Assembly: GCA_963675665.1 (NCBI GenBank)
Contig: OY776510.1
Location: 3,360,001 to 3,424,000, forward strand
Length of the DNA stretch: 64,000 nt
Origin: Spirochaetia bacterium
Lineage (GTDB): Bacteria; Spirochaetota; Spirochaetia; UBA9216
Reading direction: 5' to 3'
The notes beneath the pieces were generated by a model that saw only the letters and a list, made by a program, of their open reading frames with translations, was not told the DNA's origin and ran no database searches. Shown here one piece after another: positions 1 to 8,820 of this stretch; within the stretch, counting starts at the first letter, position 1, and each line of letters opens with the position of its first letter. The position numbers were made by a program, and so were the translations under genes.

Positions 1-1
1 T

Positions 2-82
2 ACTGCAGGGCCGGCCATGGATATTGTAATCAAGCTTATGGCTGTTGTTTCGCTTGTTATTGTTGGAAATATTTCACATTAA
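2..82 (+). CDS. hppA: 3' end of membrane-bound ion-translocating pyrophosphatase (partial, 5' end outside window)
   Basis: Frame 2 reads TAGPAMDIVIKLMAVVSLVIVGNISH*, matching the conserved C-terminal (D)T(A/S)GP..N/D.LIKLM..VSLV motif of H+/Na+-PPases. Confidence 0.8.
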   Translation, partial: TAGPAMDIVIKLMAVVSLVIVGNISH

Positions 83-100
83 AAAACAAAATAAAAACGG

Positions 101-125
101 GGGTCCGGACAGGACCCTTTTTTTT
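101..125 (+). terminator. Intrinsic terminator, possibly bidirectional
   Basis: GGGTCC-GGACA-GGACCC hairpin followed by T8, lying between convergent genes. Confidence 0.8.
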
Positions 126-147
126 GATGATATGCATAAGATGTAGA

Positions 148-513
148 TTATGAGAGCATGCTGATCCAGAATTCCTTAAATGTATTCAATTCTTCAAGAA
201 TTGGTTTTTCAAGTTCCCTGCAGCCGGCGATATCACCGATTGCCGAGTTTTTTTCATATTCGGCAAGCAGTTCAACACAACGAAAACCTCCGGATTCTAT
301 ACAGAAGTTTTTCATGTCGCCTATATGGAAAGAAATACAGTTGAAATGATTTTCACGGCAAGTTTCAGAGTTATTGAAAAAGATTTTAATATTGCCCAGC
401 AGATAAAAATAACGTTCGAGAAAAGATGAGACAATAAGGTTTTCAGACGCTCCGGCTGACAGACGTTCAGTAACTAATATGCTTTGTTGTAAAAAATTTT
501 TGCCAAAATCCAT
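148..513 (-). CDS. Hypothetical protein, weakly Hpt-domain-like
   Basis: 121-aa ORF directly downstream of gcvPB; helical pattern HIGDMKNFCIESGG..CVELLAEYE resembles the Hpt consensus. Confidence 0.55.
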   Translation of the reverse strand: MDFGKNFLQQSILVTERLSAGASENLIVSSFLERYFYLLGNIKIFFNNSETCRENHFNCISFHIGDMKNFCIESGGFRCVELLAEYEKNSAIGDIAGCRELEKPILEELNTFKEFWISMLS

Positions 514-549
514 ATCTATACTTAATACTAATGGAGCAGAAAGCTGAAA

Positions 550-1998
550 TCAAGTTTTATAACGCAAATTCGGATTTTTAACCGCTGCTGTTTCATCCGG
601 TCTGCATACAGAACTACCGGTCGGACAGTCTGCGAAATATTCAGGCCTGTTGTCCGCAATGTCTGCAAGAGCAGTAAATGCGTCGGCGAAAGCATCAAGC
701 GTTTCTTTTGATTCTGTTTCCGTAGGTTCAATCATAACGGCTTCTTTAACATTCAGCGGGAAATAAATAGTCGGAGGATGAAAGCCTACATCTATCAGCG
801 CCTTTGCAAAATCATTGGCCCTGACGCCGGAATCAGCATAATCTTTTAATGAAATTACAAATTCATGTAAGGTATCTTCCGGAAAAGGAATATTAAATTT
901 GTCCTTAAGTTTATATTTGAGGTAATTTGCGTTAAGAACGGCATTTTCAGATGCTTCAATCAGACCTTCTTTGCCCATATAAAGGATATATGCATAAGCC
1001 CTGAGCAGGATACCGAAATTGCCGTAAAACGGAGAAATATAACCGATAGAATCGGGCCGGTTATAATCAAGAGCATAACTTCCGTCTTCACGCATAATAA
1101 TTCTTGAAACGGGTAAAAACCTGGACAGGAAATCTTTAACGCCTACCGGACCGGCTCCCGGGCCTCCGCCGCCATGCGGGGTGGAAAAGGTTTTATGAAG
1201 ATTTAAATGGACAATATCAAAACCGAGATCGCCCGGCCTTGCTTTCCCCATAATTGCGTTCATATTTGCACCGTCATAATACATCAGGGCCCCGTGACTG
1301 TGGGCAAAGTCCGTAATTTCTTTGATGTGCGGGTTAAAAATTCCGAGCGTGTTGGGACATGTAAGCATGACGCCTGCTGTGTGTTCGTCAACAGCGTTTC
1401 GATATTCATTCATATCCATAACGCCCTTTGAATCGGATTTGATGGTTTTTACTTTATAACCCGCAATGGCTGCACTTGCCGGATTTGTTCCGTGGCCGGA
1501 ATCGGGAATAATAATGTATTCACGTTTGTCCCCCCTTGATTTATGGTAAGCGGCAATAAGCATGACCCCGGTCAGTTCTCCATGTGCTCCCGCCATCGGC
1601 TGGGTAGTAAAAGAGTGCATACCGGTAATTTCGGAAAGAAGTTTTTCAAGGCTGAAAATAACCTGCATGGCCCCCTGGGTAAGCATTCCCCCCTTAATAA
1701 GTTGCGGCTGAAGAGGATGAAGAGAAGCAAAACTTTCCAAAGAAGCAATCTTTTCAGTGAATCTGGGATTATATTTCATTGTGCATGAGCCCAACGGATA
1801 AAAATGTGTATCCACACTGAAATTCTGCCTGGACAGGTTGGTGAAATGCCTGACTACTTCAGGTTCACTGACGGAAGGAAGCCCGGTGTTATCTAATCTG
1901 AGATATACCTCATCCAGAGGCTGGGCCTCGGGAACATCAGGCGAAGGAAGCTTTAACCCGGCTTTATCAAAATCGGACTTATCAAAAATCAGCTCCAT
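550..1998 (-). CDS. gcvPB: Glycine dehydrogenase (decarboxylating) subunit 2
   Basis: PLGSCTMKYNP, SGHGTNPASA and LNLHKTFSTPHGGGGPG (PLP lysine) motifs; overlaps gcvPA. Confidence 0.95.
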   Translation of the reverse strand: MELIFDKSDFDKAGLKLPSPDVPEAQPLDEVYLRLDNTGLPSVSEPEVVRHFTNLSRQNFSVDTHFYPLGSCTMKYNPRFTEKIASLESFASLHPLQPQLIKGGMLTQGAMQVIFSLEKLLSEITGMHSFTTQPMAGAHGELTGVMLIAAYHKSRGDKREYIIIPDSGHGTNPASAAIAGYKVKTIKSDSKGVMDMNEYRNAVDEHTAGVMLTCPNTLGIFNPHIKEITDFAHSHGALMYYDGANMNAIMGKARPGDLGFDIVHLNLHKTFSTPHGGGGPGAGPVGVKDFLSRFLPVSRIIMREDGSYALDYNRPDSIGYISPFYGNFGILLRAYAYILYMGKEGLIEASENAVLNANYLKYKLKDKFNIPFPEDTLHEFVISLKDYADSGVRANDFAKALIDVGFHPPTIYFPLNVKEAVMIEPTETESKETLDAFADAFTALADIADNRPEYFADCPTGSSVCRPDETAAVKNPNLRYKT

Positions 1999-3332
1999 AA
2001 TACATCCTCCAGGGCGTCGGCAAAGCGGATGATTTCGTGTTTTGTACGCTTTTCGGTTACGGCAATCAGCAGATAATCTTCCATGTGCGGATAATATCTT
2101 CCCAGCGGAAAGCCGGCGGCTATTCCCCGTTCAATCATTTTACCTATAACCTCGTTTGCATTTACAGGAAGTTGAATAGTAAATTCATTGAAAGTCGGTG
2201 AACTGTCCATTACATTCACGCCTTTGATTTCGGATAAACGCTGTTTGGCGAATTCCGATTTGTTTCTGCATTGAGCGGCAAGCTGTTTCAATCCCTTGTC
2301 GCCGAGCAGGCTCATATAGATTAGTGCACGTAAAGCGCAGAGGGCCTGGTTGGAACAGATATTGGAAGTAGCTTTTTCCCTGCGTATATGCTGTTCACGC
2401 GTTTGCATCGTGAGAACATAGGCAGTTCTGTTCTTTATGTCCAGGGTGCTTCCGCATATTCTTCCGGGCATCATTCTAAGATATTCCTGTTTGCAGGCCA
2501 TGAAGCCAAGGTATGGGCCTCCGAAGGAGAGAGGAATGCCGAGGCTCTGACCTTCGCCGGTTACGATATCAACATCCATGTCGGCGGGAGTCTTCAGCAT
2601 GCCGAGGGAAACAGGGTATACGCTGGAAATCACAAGGGCTCCGTGTTCATGGGCTTTTTGTACAATGTCGCTGTGATTATCCACCGCTCCGAAGAAATTC
2701 GGATTCTGGAGAATGATTGCCGCGGTATCATCATCAATATGTTTATACAGTTCTTCACGATCGCTCTGACCGTGACAGACGGGAACTTCGGAAAATCCTA
2801 TATCCAGATTTGTTGTATAGCTTCTGATCATTTTCCGATAGATGGGGCTGACACCTCCGTCCATAACAATTTTGTTTCGTTTTGTAATACGAACGGACAT
2901 CATGGCAGCTTCATATAAAGCCGTTCCGCCGTCGTAAAGAGAAGCATTTGCAACATCCATTCCCGTAATACTGCATATGCAGCTTTGGAATTCATAAATG
3001 GCCTGAAGGGTTCCCTGGGATGCTTCAGGCTGGTAAGGAGTATAGGCTGTAAAAAACTCGCCCCGTGAAACAAGCGAATCTACTGCCGCAGGAATGTAGT
3101 GATCATAAAACCCGCCGCCGATAAAATACGTAAGATTATTTACATTTTTAGAACCGAGCTCACGTATATAATGCTCAACTTCAAATTCTGATTTGCCTTC
3201 GGGCAGATTGAACGACTGCGCACGCAGTTCAGGCCTGATAGCTTTAAAAAGCTGTTCAACAGAGCCGTCCGGTATGCCTATCTTTTCAAGCATTACGGAC
3301 CTTGATGACGATCCGTTAGGAAAATAACTCAA
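1989..3332 (-). CDS. gcvPA: Glycine dehydrogenase (decarboxylating) subunit 1
   Basis: TAYTPYQPEASQG, NASLYDG and TREQHIRREKATSNICSNQAL motifs; TTG start with GGAG SD. Confidence 0.95.
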   Translation of the reverse strand: MSYFPNGSSSRSVMLEKIGIPDGSVEQLFKAIRPELRAQSFNLPEGKSEFEVEHYIRELGSKNVNNLTYFIGGGFYDHYIPAAVDSLVSRGEFFTAYTPYQPEASQGTLQAIYEFQSCICSITGMDVANASLYDGGTALYEAAMMSVRITKRNKIVMDGGVSPIYRKMIRSYTTNLDIGFSEVPVCHGQSDREELYKHIDDDTAAIILQNPNFFGAVDNHSDIVQKAHEHGALVISSVYPVSLGMLKTPADMDVDIVTGEGQSLGIPLSFGGPYLGFMACKQEYLRMMPGRICGSTLDIKNRTAYVLTMQTREQHIRREKATSNICSNQALCALRALIYMSLLGDKGLKQLAAQCRNKSEFAKQRLSEIKGVNVMDSSPTFNEFTIQLPVNANEVIGKMIERGIAAGFPLGRYYPHMEDYLLIAVTEKRTKHEIIRFADALEDVLWS

Positions 3333-3346
3333 AATATTACTCCTGC

Positions 3347-3727
3347 TTAATCAAGTTCTTCAAGATAATCCTTGTAATTTTGAGGACTCATCAGGTCAGC
3401 CGGAACATCTCCTGTTATCCTGACTTTGAGAATCCAGCCGTCAGAATACGGAGAAGTGTTGATTATCTCAGGAGTATTTAAAAGAGCCTGGTTAACCTCA
3501 GTGATCTCGCAATCAAAGGGGCAGTACACTGAACTGACAGCCTTTACAGACTCAAGCGTAACAGGGCTGTCTCCGGCCTTAAAAGTTTCCTCTGCAGCCG
3601 GAAGTTCGGCATATGTGATGTCGCCGAGCTCTTCCTGTGCGTATTCTGTAATTCCGATTAAAGCAGTATCATTTTCAATAAGTAACCATTCATGCTCTCT
3701 GGTATAAAGTAAATTTTCCGGCAGCAT
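3347..3727 (-). CDS. gcvH: Glycine cleavage system H protein
   Basis: YTREHEW and lipoyl-lysine motif ESVKAVS; operon context. Confidence 0.95.
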   Translation of the reverse strand: MLPENLLYTREHEWLLIENDTALIGITEYAQEELGDITYAELPAAEETFKAGDSPVTLESVKAVSSVYCPFDCEITEVNQALLNTPEIINTSPYSDGWILKVRITGDVPADLMSPQNYKDYLEELD

Positions 3728-3745
3728 TTAAATAACCTCCCGCCG

Positions 3746-4828
3746 TTAAACAAACGGCAATTTAATAATTTCAGCGTTAATAACTATATTATCATGTCTG
3801 AAGCAGACTGCGGTTCCAACAGCAGAATAATTCAGATTTAATAAACAAAGACCTATACCTCTTTGAAGCGACGGCGAATAGGCGCCGCTTGTAACATAAC
3901 CGATCCCTGTATCCTGATAAAATGCCCTGTATCCGTCACGTGCAGAGCGACGGCCTTCACAAAGAAAGGGCACCAATAAATTATCAGGTTTATCAAGAGC
4001 CTTTTTTTCAAGAGTATCTTTACCGATAAATTCTTTATTTAAATCAACAAACTTCATAAGGTTTGCTTCTACCGGCGTGATATTACCGGTTATGTCGTGT
4101 CCGTAAAGAGAATAACCTTTTTCAAGTCTGAGAGAATCTCTGGCACCGAGGCCGGCTGGAAGAACCGATTTGATTTTTATGAATTCGCGCCAGAGTTCAG
4201 GCGCTGCTTCAGACGGTAAAAAGAATTCAAAACCTTTTTCGCCTGTATATCCTGTAGCGCTGACAGTTCCTTTCCAGCTGTTAAAACGGAATTCCTGAAA
4301 AGTAAATTTTTTTAATTTTGAGAATTTTATACCGGGGATAATTTCGGAAGCAGTTTCACAGGAAAGAGGCCCCTGCAGGTCTATTTTAGCTGTACCGGAA
4401 GAAACATCGGTAATTGAAGTACCTGGAGAGATATGGTTTATAAGCCAATCCAAATCAGCATCAATCCTTCCGGCGTTTACAACGAGCATGAATTTATTAT
4501 CAGAGTAGCGGTAAACAATACAGTCGTCAATGAAGCAACCTGCGTCGTCAAGAAAGAAACCGTAACGGCAGCTGCCGTGTTTCATGTTAGAAATTTGACG
4601 CGTGAAAATATATTCAAGATCTTTTACTGATGCATCGCCGCCGATAATGATTTCGCCCATATGAGAAATGTCGAATATTGTATTAGCGCTTCGGGTATGG
4701 AGATGTTCTTCAATAATACTGCTGTACTGTACAGGTAAGAGCCAGCCGGAAAAATCTACAAATTTTGCATTTAAAGTGCATTGTTCAGTGTATAGAGAAG
4801 TTTTTTGAGGAAAAACTCGATATTCCAT
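3746..4828 (-). CDS. gcvT: Glycine cleavage system aminomethyltransferase T
   Basis: FDISHMGE, TGYTGEKGFE and GLGARDSLRLE motifs. Confidence 0.95.
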   Translation of the reverse strand: MEYRVFPQKTSLYTEQCTLNAKFVDFSGWLLPVQYSSIIEEHLHTRSANTIFDISHMGEIIIGGDASVKDLEYIFTRQISNMKHGSCRYGFFLDDAGCFIDDCIVYRYSDNKFMLVVNAGRIDADLDWLINHISPGTSITDVSSGTAKIDLQGPLSCETASEIIPGIKFSKLKKFTFQEFRFNSWKGTVSATGYTGEKGFEFFLPSEAAPELWREFIKIKSVLPAGLGARDSLRLEKGYSLYGHDITGNITPVEANLMKFVDLNKEFIGKDTLEKKALDKPDNLLVPFLCEGRRSARDGYRAFYQDTGIGYVTSGAYSPSLQRGIGLCLLNLNYSAVGTAVCFRHDNIVINAEIIKLPFV

Positions 4829-4891
4829 AAAATCCCTGCTGAAAACATAAAATAATTTTTAATTATATAATGTAAATGTAAATATTACAAT

Positions 4892-4915
4892 AAAAAATGG
4901 GCGCAAAAAGCGCCC
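4892..4915 (-). terminator. Intrinsic terminator of rubrerythrin gene
   Basis: GGGCGC/GCGCCC stem followed on the minus strand by ATTTTTT, 10 nt after the stop. Confidence 0.65.
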
Positions 4916-4924
4916 GGAAAAAAA

Positions 4925-5446
4925 TTATAAATCCATATTAGCCGGTTCGTAATATTCTTTTGCATGGTTGCAGCAGGGACATTTCGCAGGTGGTTCAGCA
5001 GCTTCAACGATATAACCGCAAACACTGCATTTCCAGGCAATCGGTTTGTCTCTTTTGTAAACCGTACCGTTTTTAACCATTTCAAGAAGATTTTTATATC
5101 TGTCGCGATGATGCATCTCAACCTTGCGAATCTGGTTGAACAGGTTGGCAGCCTCAGTGTTGCCTTCTTCAGATGCTTCACGTGCAAAATCAGCATACAT
5201 CGTCTGTACTTCGTAATCCTCGCCTTCAAAGGCAGCCTTGAGATTTTCAGCGGTATCCCCGATGCCGCCAAGCATCGTAAATTCGTCTTTTGCATGACGC
5301 ATTTCATTATCAGCAGTCTCTTCAAAGATTTTTGCTATATAATGATAACCTTCCTTGCGGGCCTGTTTTGCCCAGAATGTGTATTTATTCCTTGCCTGTG
5401 ATTCTCCTGCAAATGCGGACTGCAGATTTTCTTCAGTTTTACTCAT
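4925..5446 (-). CDS. rbr: Rubrerythrin
   Basis: AFAGESQARNKY, ExxH di-iron motifs, C-terminal WKCSVCGY...CPCC rubredoxin-like domain. Confidence 0.92.
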   Translation of the reverse strand: MSKTEENLQSAFAGESQARNKYTFWAKQARKEGYHYIAKIFEETADNEMRHAKDEFTMLGGIGDTAENLKAAFEGEDYEVQTMYADFAREASEEGNTEAANLFNQIRKVEMHHRDRYKNLLEMVKNGTVYKRDKPIAWKCSVCGYIVEAAEPPAKCPCCNHAKEYYEPANMDL

Positions 5447-5604
5447 AATTTACTTCCTCCGATTAAGTGATTAGTATATATAGTATAAATGATAATTTTT
5501 AAGCCCACAAGGCAAATCGGAAAAAAGATATACTAAATTATATAATTGTTTTACCAGTAAGGTTTTAATACTGCCAAAAAGTTGAAATAAATTATGGAAA
5601 ACCG

Positions 5605-5633
5605 TTGACATAAAATTCATTATCGTTTATCTT
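5605..5633 (+). promoter_or_regulatory. Sigma70-type promoter for tRNA-Asn
   Basis: TTGACA-17 bp-TATCTT upstream of the tRNA. Confidence 0.7.
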
Positions 5634-5690
5634 ATCCAAGCATTTTAAAGTGTTTAGGCACTTTAAAAGTGTTTTAACACTTTTTTGCAT

Positions 5691-5763
5691 TCCCCTGTAG
5701 CTCAGCTGGTAGAGCGGGTGGCTGTTAACCACTAGGTCGGCAGTTCAAGTCTGTCCGGGGGAG
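5691..5763 (+). tRNA. tRNA-Asn (GTT)
   Basis: Cloverleaf with acceptor TCCCCTG/CGGGGGA, D-arm GCTCAGCTGGTAGAGC, anticodon loop CTGTTAA, TTCAAGT T-loop; CCA not encoded. Confidence 0.97.
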
Positions 5764-5779
5764 CGAATAATAAACAGTG

Positions 5780-5808
5780 AAAAGGAGCAGCATAGGCTGC
5801 TCCTTTTT
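5780..5808 (+). terminator. Intrinsic terminator after tRNA-Asn
   Basis: AAAAGGAGCAGC-ATAG-GCTGCTCCTTTTT perfect stem plus T tract. Confidence 0.9.
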
Positions 5809-5947
5809 GTTTCATTACCTACAAGCCGGGCTCTTCGATAGAAAAAACAGCTATACTTCTTAAAATAAAGATTGATATTATAATTCCGCCGCGTTAATAA
5901 TATAGTTATAGAAAATCAAAAATATGATGAGTCAGGTTAAGGTTATT

Positions 5948-8779
5948 ATGAAAAATTATGAAAAAAACCTGGGCAAAATCTTTTTTATAGTTGTATCATC
6001 CATTGCCTTGTTATCATGCCCGAAAACAATAAGCGTTGAAACATATCAGCAGCTTAAAGACATTACTGCGCCGGGGATTGAACTGTCCTGGCCGGCGGAA
6101 GGAAGTTCATACGCGTCAACCGTCGTGGTTACCGGCACAGTTACCGATAAAACTGATGAAAACGACGAATCAGGATCCGGAGCTGTTGTTAAAGTTTCTT
6201 ATGAAATTTTAAATACCGATATCGTCGGAGATGCGGTTCTTGACGGAAACAGCTTTACTTTCAGTTTCAGTACGAGGCAGTTGAGCGGAACATTATCCGT
6301 AAGAATAACGGTAACGGACTGGAACGGAAATACAACGGTAAAAACGCTGACGCTGTATGACAACGGTGCTATTCCCGATTTTTATGCGACCCCCGGAAAC
6401 GGAGAAATAACCCTTTCATGGGACGAGGTTGCCGAGGCTGAAAGCTACACTTTGTACTATGAACGTCTGAATTCAATACCGAATGAAGAAATGACCGATC
6501 CGTCCCAGGTAATTACTACAGACGGCCTGACGCTTACTATTGATAATCTTGAAAACGGTCAGATTCATACTTTTCTGCTTAAAGCAAACTGCTCCGACGG
6601 TGTAGAAAACTGGTCGGACGTAATAAAATGCATACCATTGTCCGAAGTACAGCTATGTCCGGAACTGTCGCCCGAACAGGATTATATTCAGGTTACATGG
6701 AAAGATATAAAGGGGACCGATACATACCAGGTATGGAAGTCGGCATCGGCAAACGGAACCTACTACAATGTTTCAGGCGATATCGAACAGTCTTATTATA
6801 CCGACTACCTTGTGGAGCCCGGAAAGAATTATTACTACAAAATAGTTCCTGCCGATTACTGTGATATTTTAAGTTATGCAAACACCGCGGAACTGCCGGG
6901 CCCCGTACCGTACCGCTGCCGCGAACAGTTTTCAGTATCGACGCCGAACTTTGCCTTTGACGTAAAGGTCTCCGGAAACTATGCGTATATGGCGGACAAC
7001 TACAACGGCGTAAGAATTATCGATATAACGGACAATGAAAATCCTTACGAAGTTGCAAGTTTCGATAATCCTGGAACGCTTGTGGACATGGAACTGGGGA
7101 ACGGTTATATATTTTTTGCAATTTGTGGGGAGGAGGGGGTGCCTCCGTGGTCGGAAGATGTGTATCCCGGTTTACATATGATTGATGTTTCAAACCCGCT
7201 TTCGCCTTTTGAGGCCGGTTTCTATGAACTGCCGATGTCTACCGAGATAAATTACCTTTATTATTATGAGTATGATGATAAAAATTATATTATTGCCAAA
7301 ACGGGAGCTTTGGGTTTCGATGTATATGATGTTACGGCCCCGTCTTCAATTGGACCGGTTGCATCATATGATACGCCGACCGGTTATAATGCTGAATATA
7401 TTGCTTATCTTGATAATGTTGCGGTAATTGTTGATAGCTACGGCAGCCTGTACTATGTTCTTATATCAGATCCGGAATCGCCGACTCTTTTTGCCCGGGA
7501 TGTTACTTCAACAATCAGGGGCGGGGGAGTCAATGAAATATTTATTCGTGACGACGGAACAGCCTTTGTTGTCGATGAAGATCCGAGCTCAACAACCGAG
7601 ACGCATGGACTAAGAATTCTTGATATTTCAAATCCTATTTCTTATTCATCAGTACCTGAATTATCCTTTTCCGAAACTACGGGCGCCGCAAAGGGCGTGA
7701 AGGTGGTCGGCGACTATGCATACGTTGCAGATGATTATCACGGTTTGCATATTATCGATATAAGCGATACTTCCGCGCCTGTTGACTGCGGATATATAAA
7801 AACTATGGGAGAAAGTATGCGTGTCGACGTTGACAGCGGAACAGCATACATTGCCGACGGTCCGGAGGGTTTAAGCGTTGTTGATGTAGTACCGCCGATT
7901 GTTCCGGTATTAAGGGGAGATATGTCTCCCAGGGCGAAAGTGCTAGTTTATGATGATTATTTATTCTGTCCTAATGATTCCGGACCCCCAGTTTATATTT
8001 ATAATGTTTCAGATCCTGATTTACCTGTTGTAGAAGCAAGCAAATGGGGGATTACCGTAAACAACATTGATAAAAAAGGTGATATTCTGTATGCAGTTAC
8101 CCCGTCTCAGCTTTTAATTCTTGATGTTTCAGATTTATCAAAATCGGCTTTTCAATGGGATTTAGGTTCATTGGAAATTTATGCAATTGATATTGAGGTG
8201 TCCGGGAATTACGCATATATTACTGCCGGTTCATACGGTATGTATGTCGTAGATATATCAAACGATGAGAACCCGATCAGGGTAGGACATATGGATACTC
8301 CAAGCGGATATGCAAAGCATATCGAGGTGTACGGAGATTATGCATATATGACGGACGGCGACACGGGGATACTTATAGTCGATATAAGTACGCCGACGGA
8401 ACCGTTTATAGCGGGTACATATCCTTCGGTGATATATGAAGATGAGTTTTTTATCAAGGGCGATTATCTATATATGAGAGACGGAAGCACAGCTTTTCAA
8501 ATCGTAGATATAAGCAATCCTTCTGTGCCCGTTCAAAAAAGTACGATTACAGTACCTGCAAATGTGACAGATGTCTATGTTGACGGCGATTATGCGTATA
8601 CCGCATGTAATAATACGTCGACGTCAGAGAATACGCTGGAGATCATAAATGTGTCTGATCCTGAAAATCCGTGGATTGAAGAATCGGTAGATGTAGCGGC
8701 ATCATACGTTGAAGTAAGCGGAAAATACGCCTATATCGGAGGAAACGACGGCCTGCAGATAATACAGTTAACTGATTAA
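5948..8779 (+). CDS. Large lipoprotein with Ig-like and FN3-like domains and C-terminal LVIVD-type repeats (probable beta-propeller)
   Basis: Signal peptide ending ALLS-C; APGIELSWP..TVTDWNGN (Ig-like); GNGEITLSW..Y.LY and IQVTW..YQVWKS (FN3-like); more than 10 repeats of V.G.YAY.AD...GL.IIDIS.P..P. Start 5948 preferred over 5924. Confidence 0.8.
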   Translation: MKNYEKNLGKIFFIVVSSIALLSCPKTISVETYQQLKDITAPGIELSWPAEGSSYASTVVVTGTVTDKTDENDESGSGAVVKVSYEILNTDIVGDAVLDGNSFTFSFSTRQLSGTLSVRITVTDWNGNTTVKTLTLYDNGAIPDFYATPGNGEITLSWDEVAEAESYTLYYERLNSIPNEEMTDPSQVITTDGLTLTIDNLENGQIHTFLLKANCSDGVENWSDVIKCIPLSEVQLCPELSPEQDYIQVTWKDIKGTDTYQVWKSASANGTYYNVSGDIEQSYYTDYLVEPGKNYYYKIVPADYCDILSYANTAELPGPVPYRCREQFSVSTPNFAFDVKVSGNYAYMADNYNGVRIIDITDNENPYEVASFDNPGTLVDMELGNGYIFFAICGEEGVPPWSEDVYPGLHMIDVSNPLSPFEAGFYELPMSTEINYLYYYEYDDKNYIIAKTGALGFDVYDVTAPSSIGPVASYDTPTGYNAEYIAYLDNVAVIVDSYGSLYYVLISDPESPTLFARDVTSTIRGGGVNEIFIRDDGTAFVVDEDPSSTTETHGLRILDISNPISYSSVPELSFSETTGAAKGVKVVGDYAYVADDYHGLHIIDISDTSAPVDCGYIKTMGESMRVDVDSGTAYIADGPEGLSVVDVVPPIVPVLRGDMSPRAKVLVYDDYLFCPNDSGPPVYIYNVSDPDLPVVEASKWGITVNNIDKKGDILYAVTPSQLLILDVSDLSKSAFQWDLGSLEIYAIDIEVSGNYAYITAGSYGMYVVDISNDENPIRVGHMDTPSGYAKHIEVYGDYAYMTDGDTGILIVDISTPTEPFIAGTYPSVIYEDEFFIKGDYLYMRDGSTAFQIVDISNPSVPVQKSTITVPANVTDVYVDGDYAYTACNNTSTSENTLEIINVSDPENPWIEESVDVAASYVEVSGKYAYIGGNDGLQIIQLTD

Positions 8780-8820
8780 TTGGTGTCCCCAATATTAAAA
8801 AAATATGATATGCTCCCGGT

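Noticed and set aside
4829-4924. Glycine riboswitch upstream of gcvT
   Set aside because: Only about 96 bp, AT-rich and partly taken by the rbr terminator; no GGAGA...GAAG aptamer core
5487-5504. Fur/PerR box in the rbr promoter region
   Set aside because: Only the TGATAAT half-site matches; the other half is poor in an AT-rich background
6950-8770. Diversity-generating retroelement target or DNA-level repeats in the LVIVD gene
   Set aside because: Repeats are degenerate at the DNA level and evident only in protein; no reverse transcriptase or template repeat in the window
5691-8820. Integrative element at tRNA-Asn
   Set aside because: No integrase or transposase and no duplicated tRNA 3' end seen downstream
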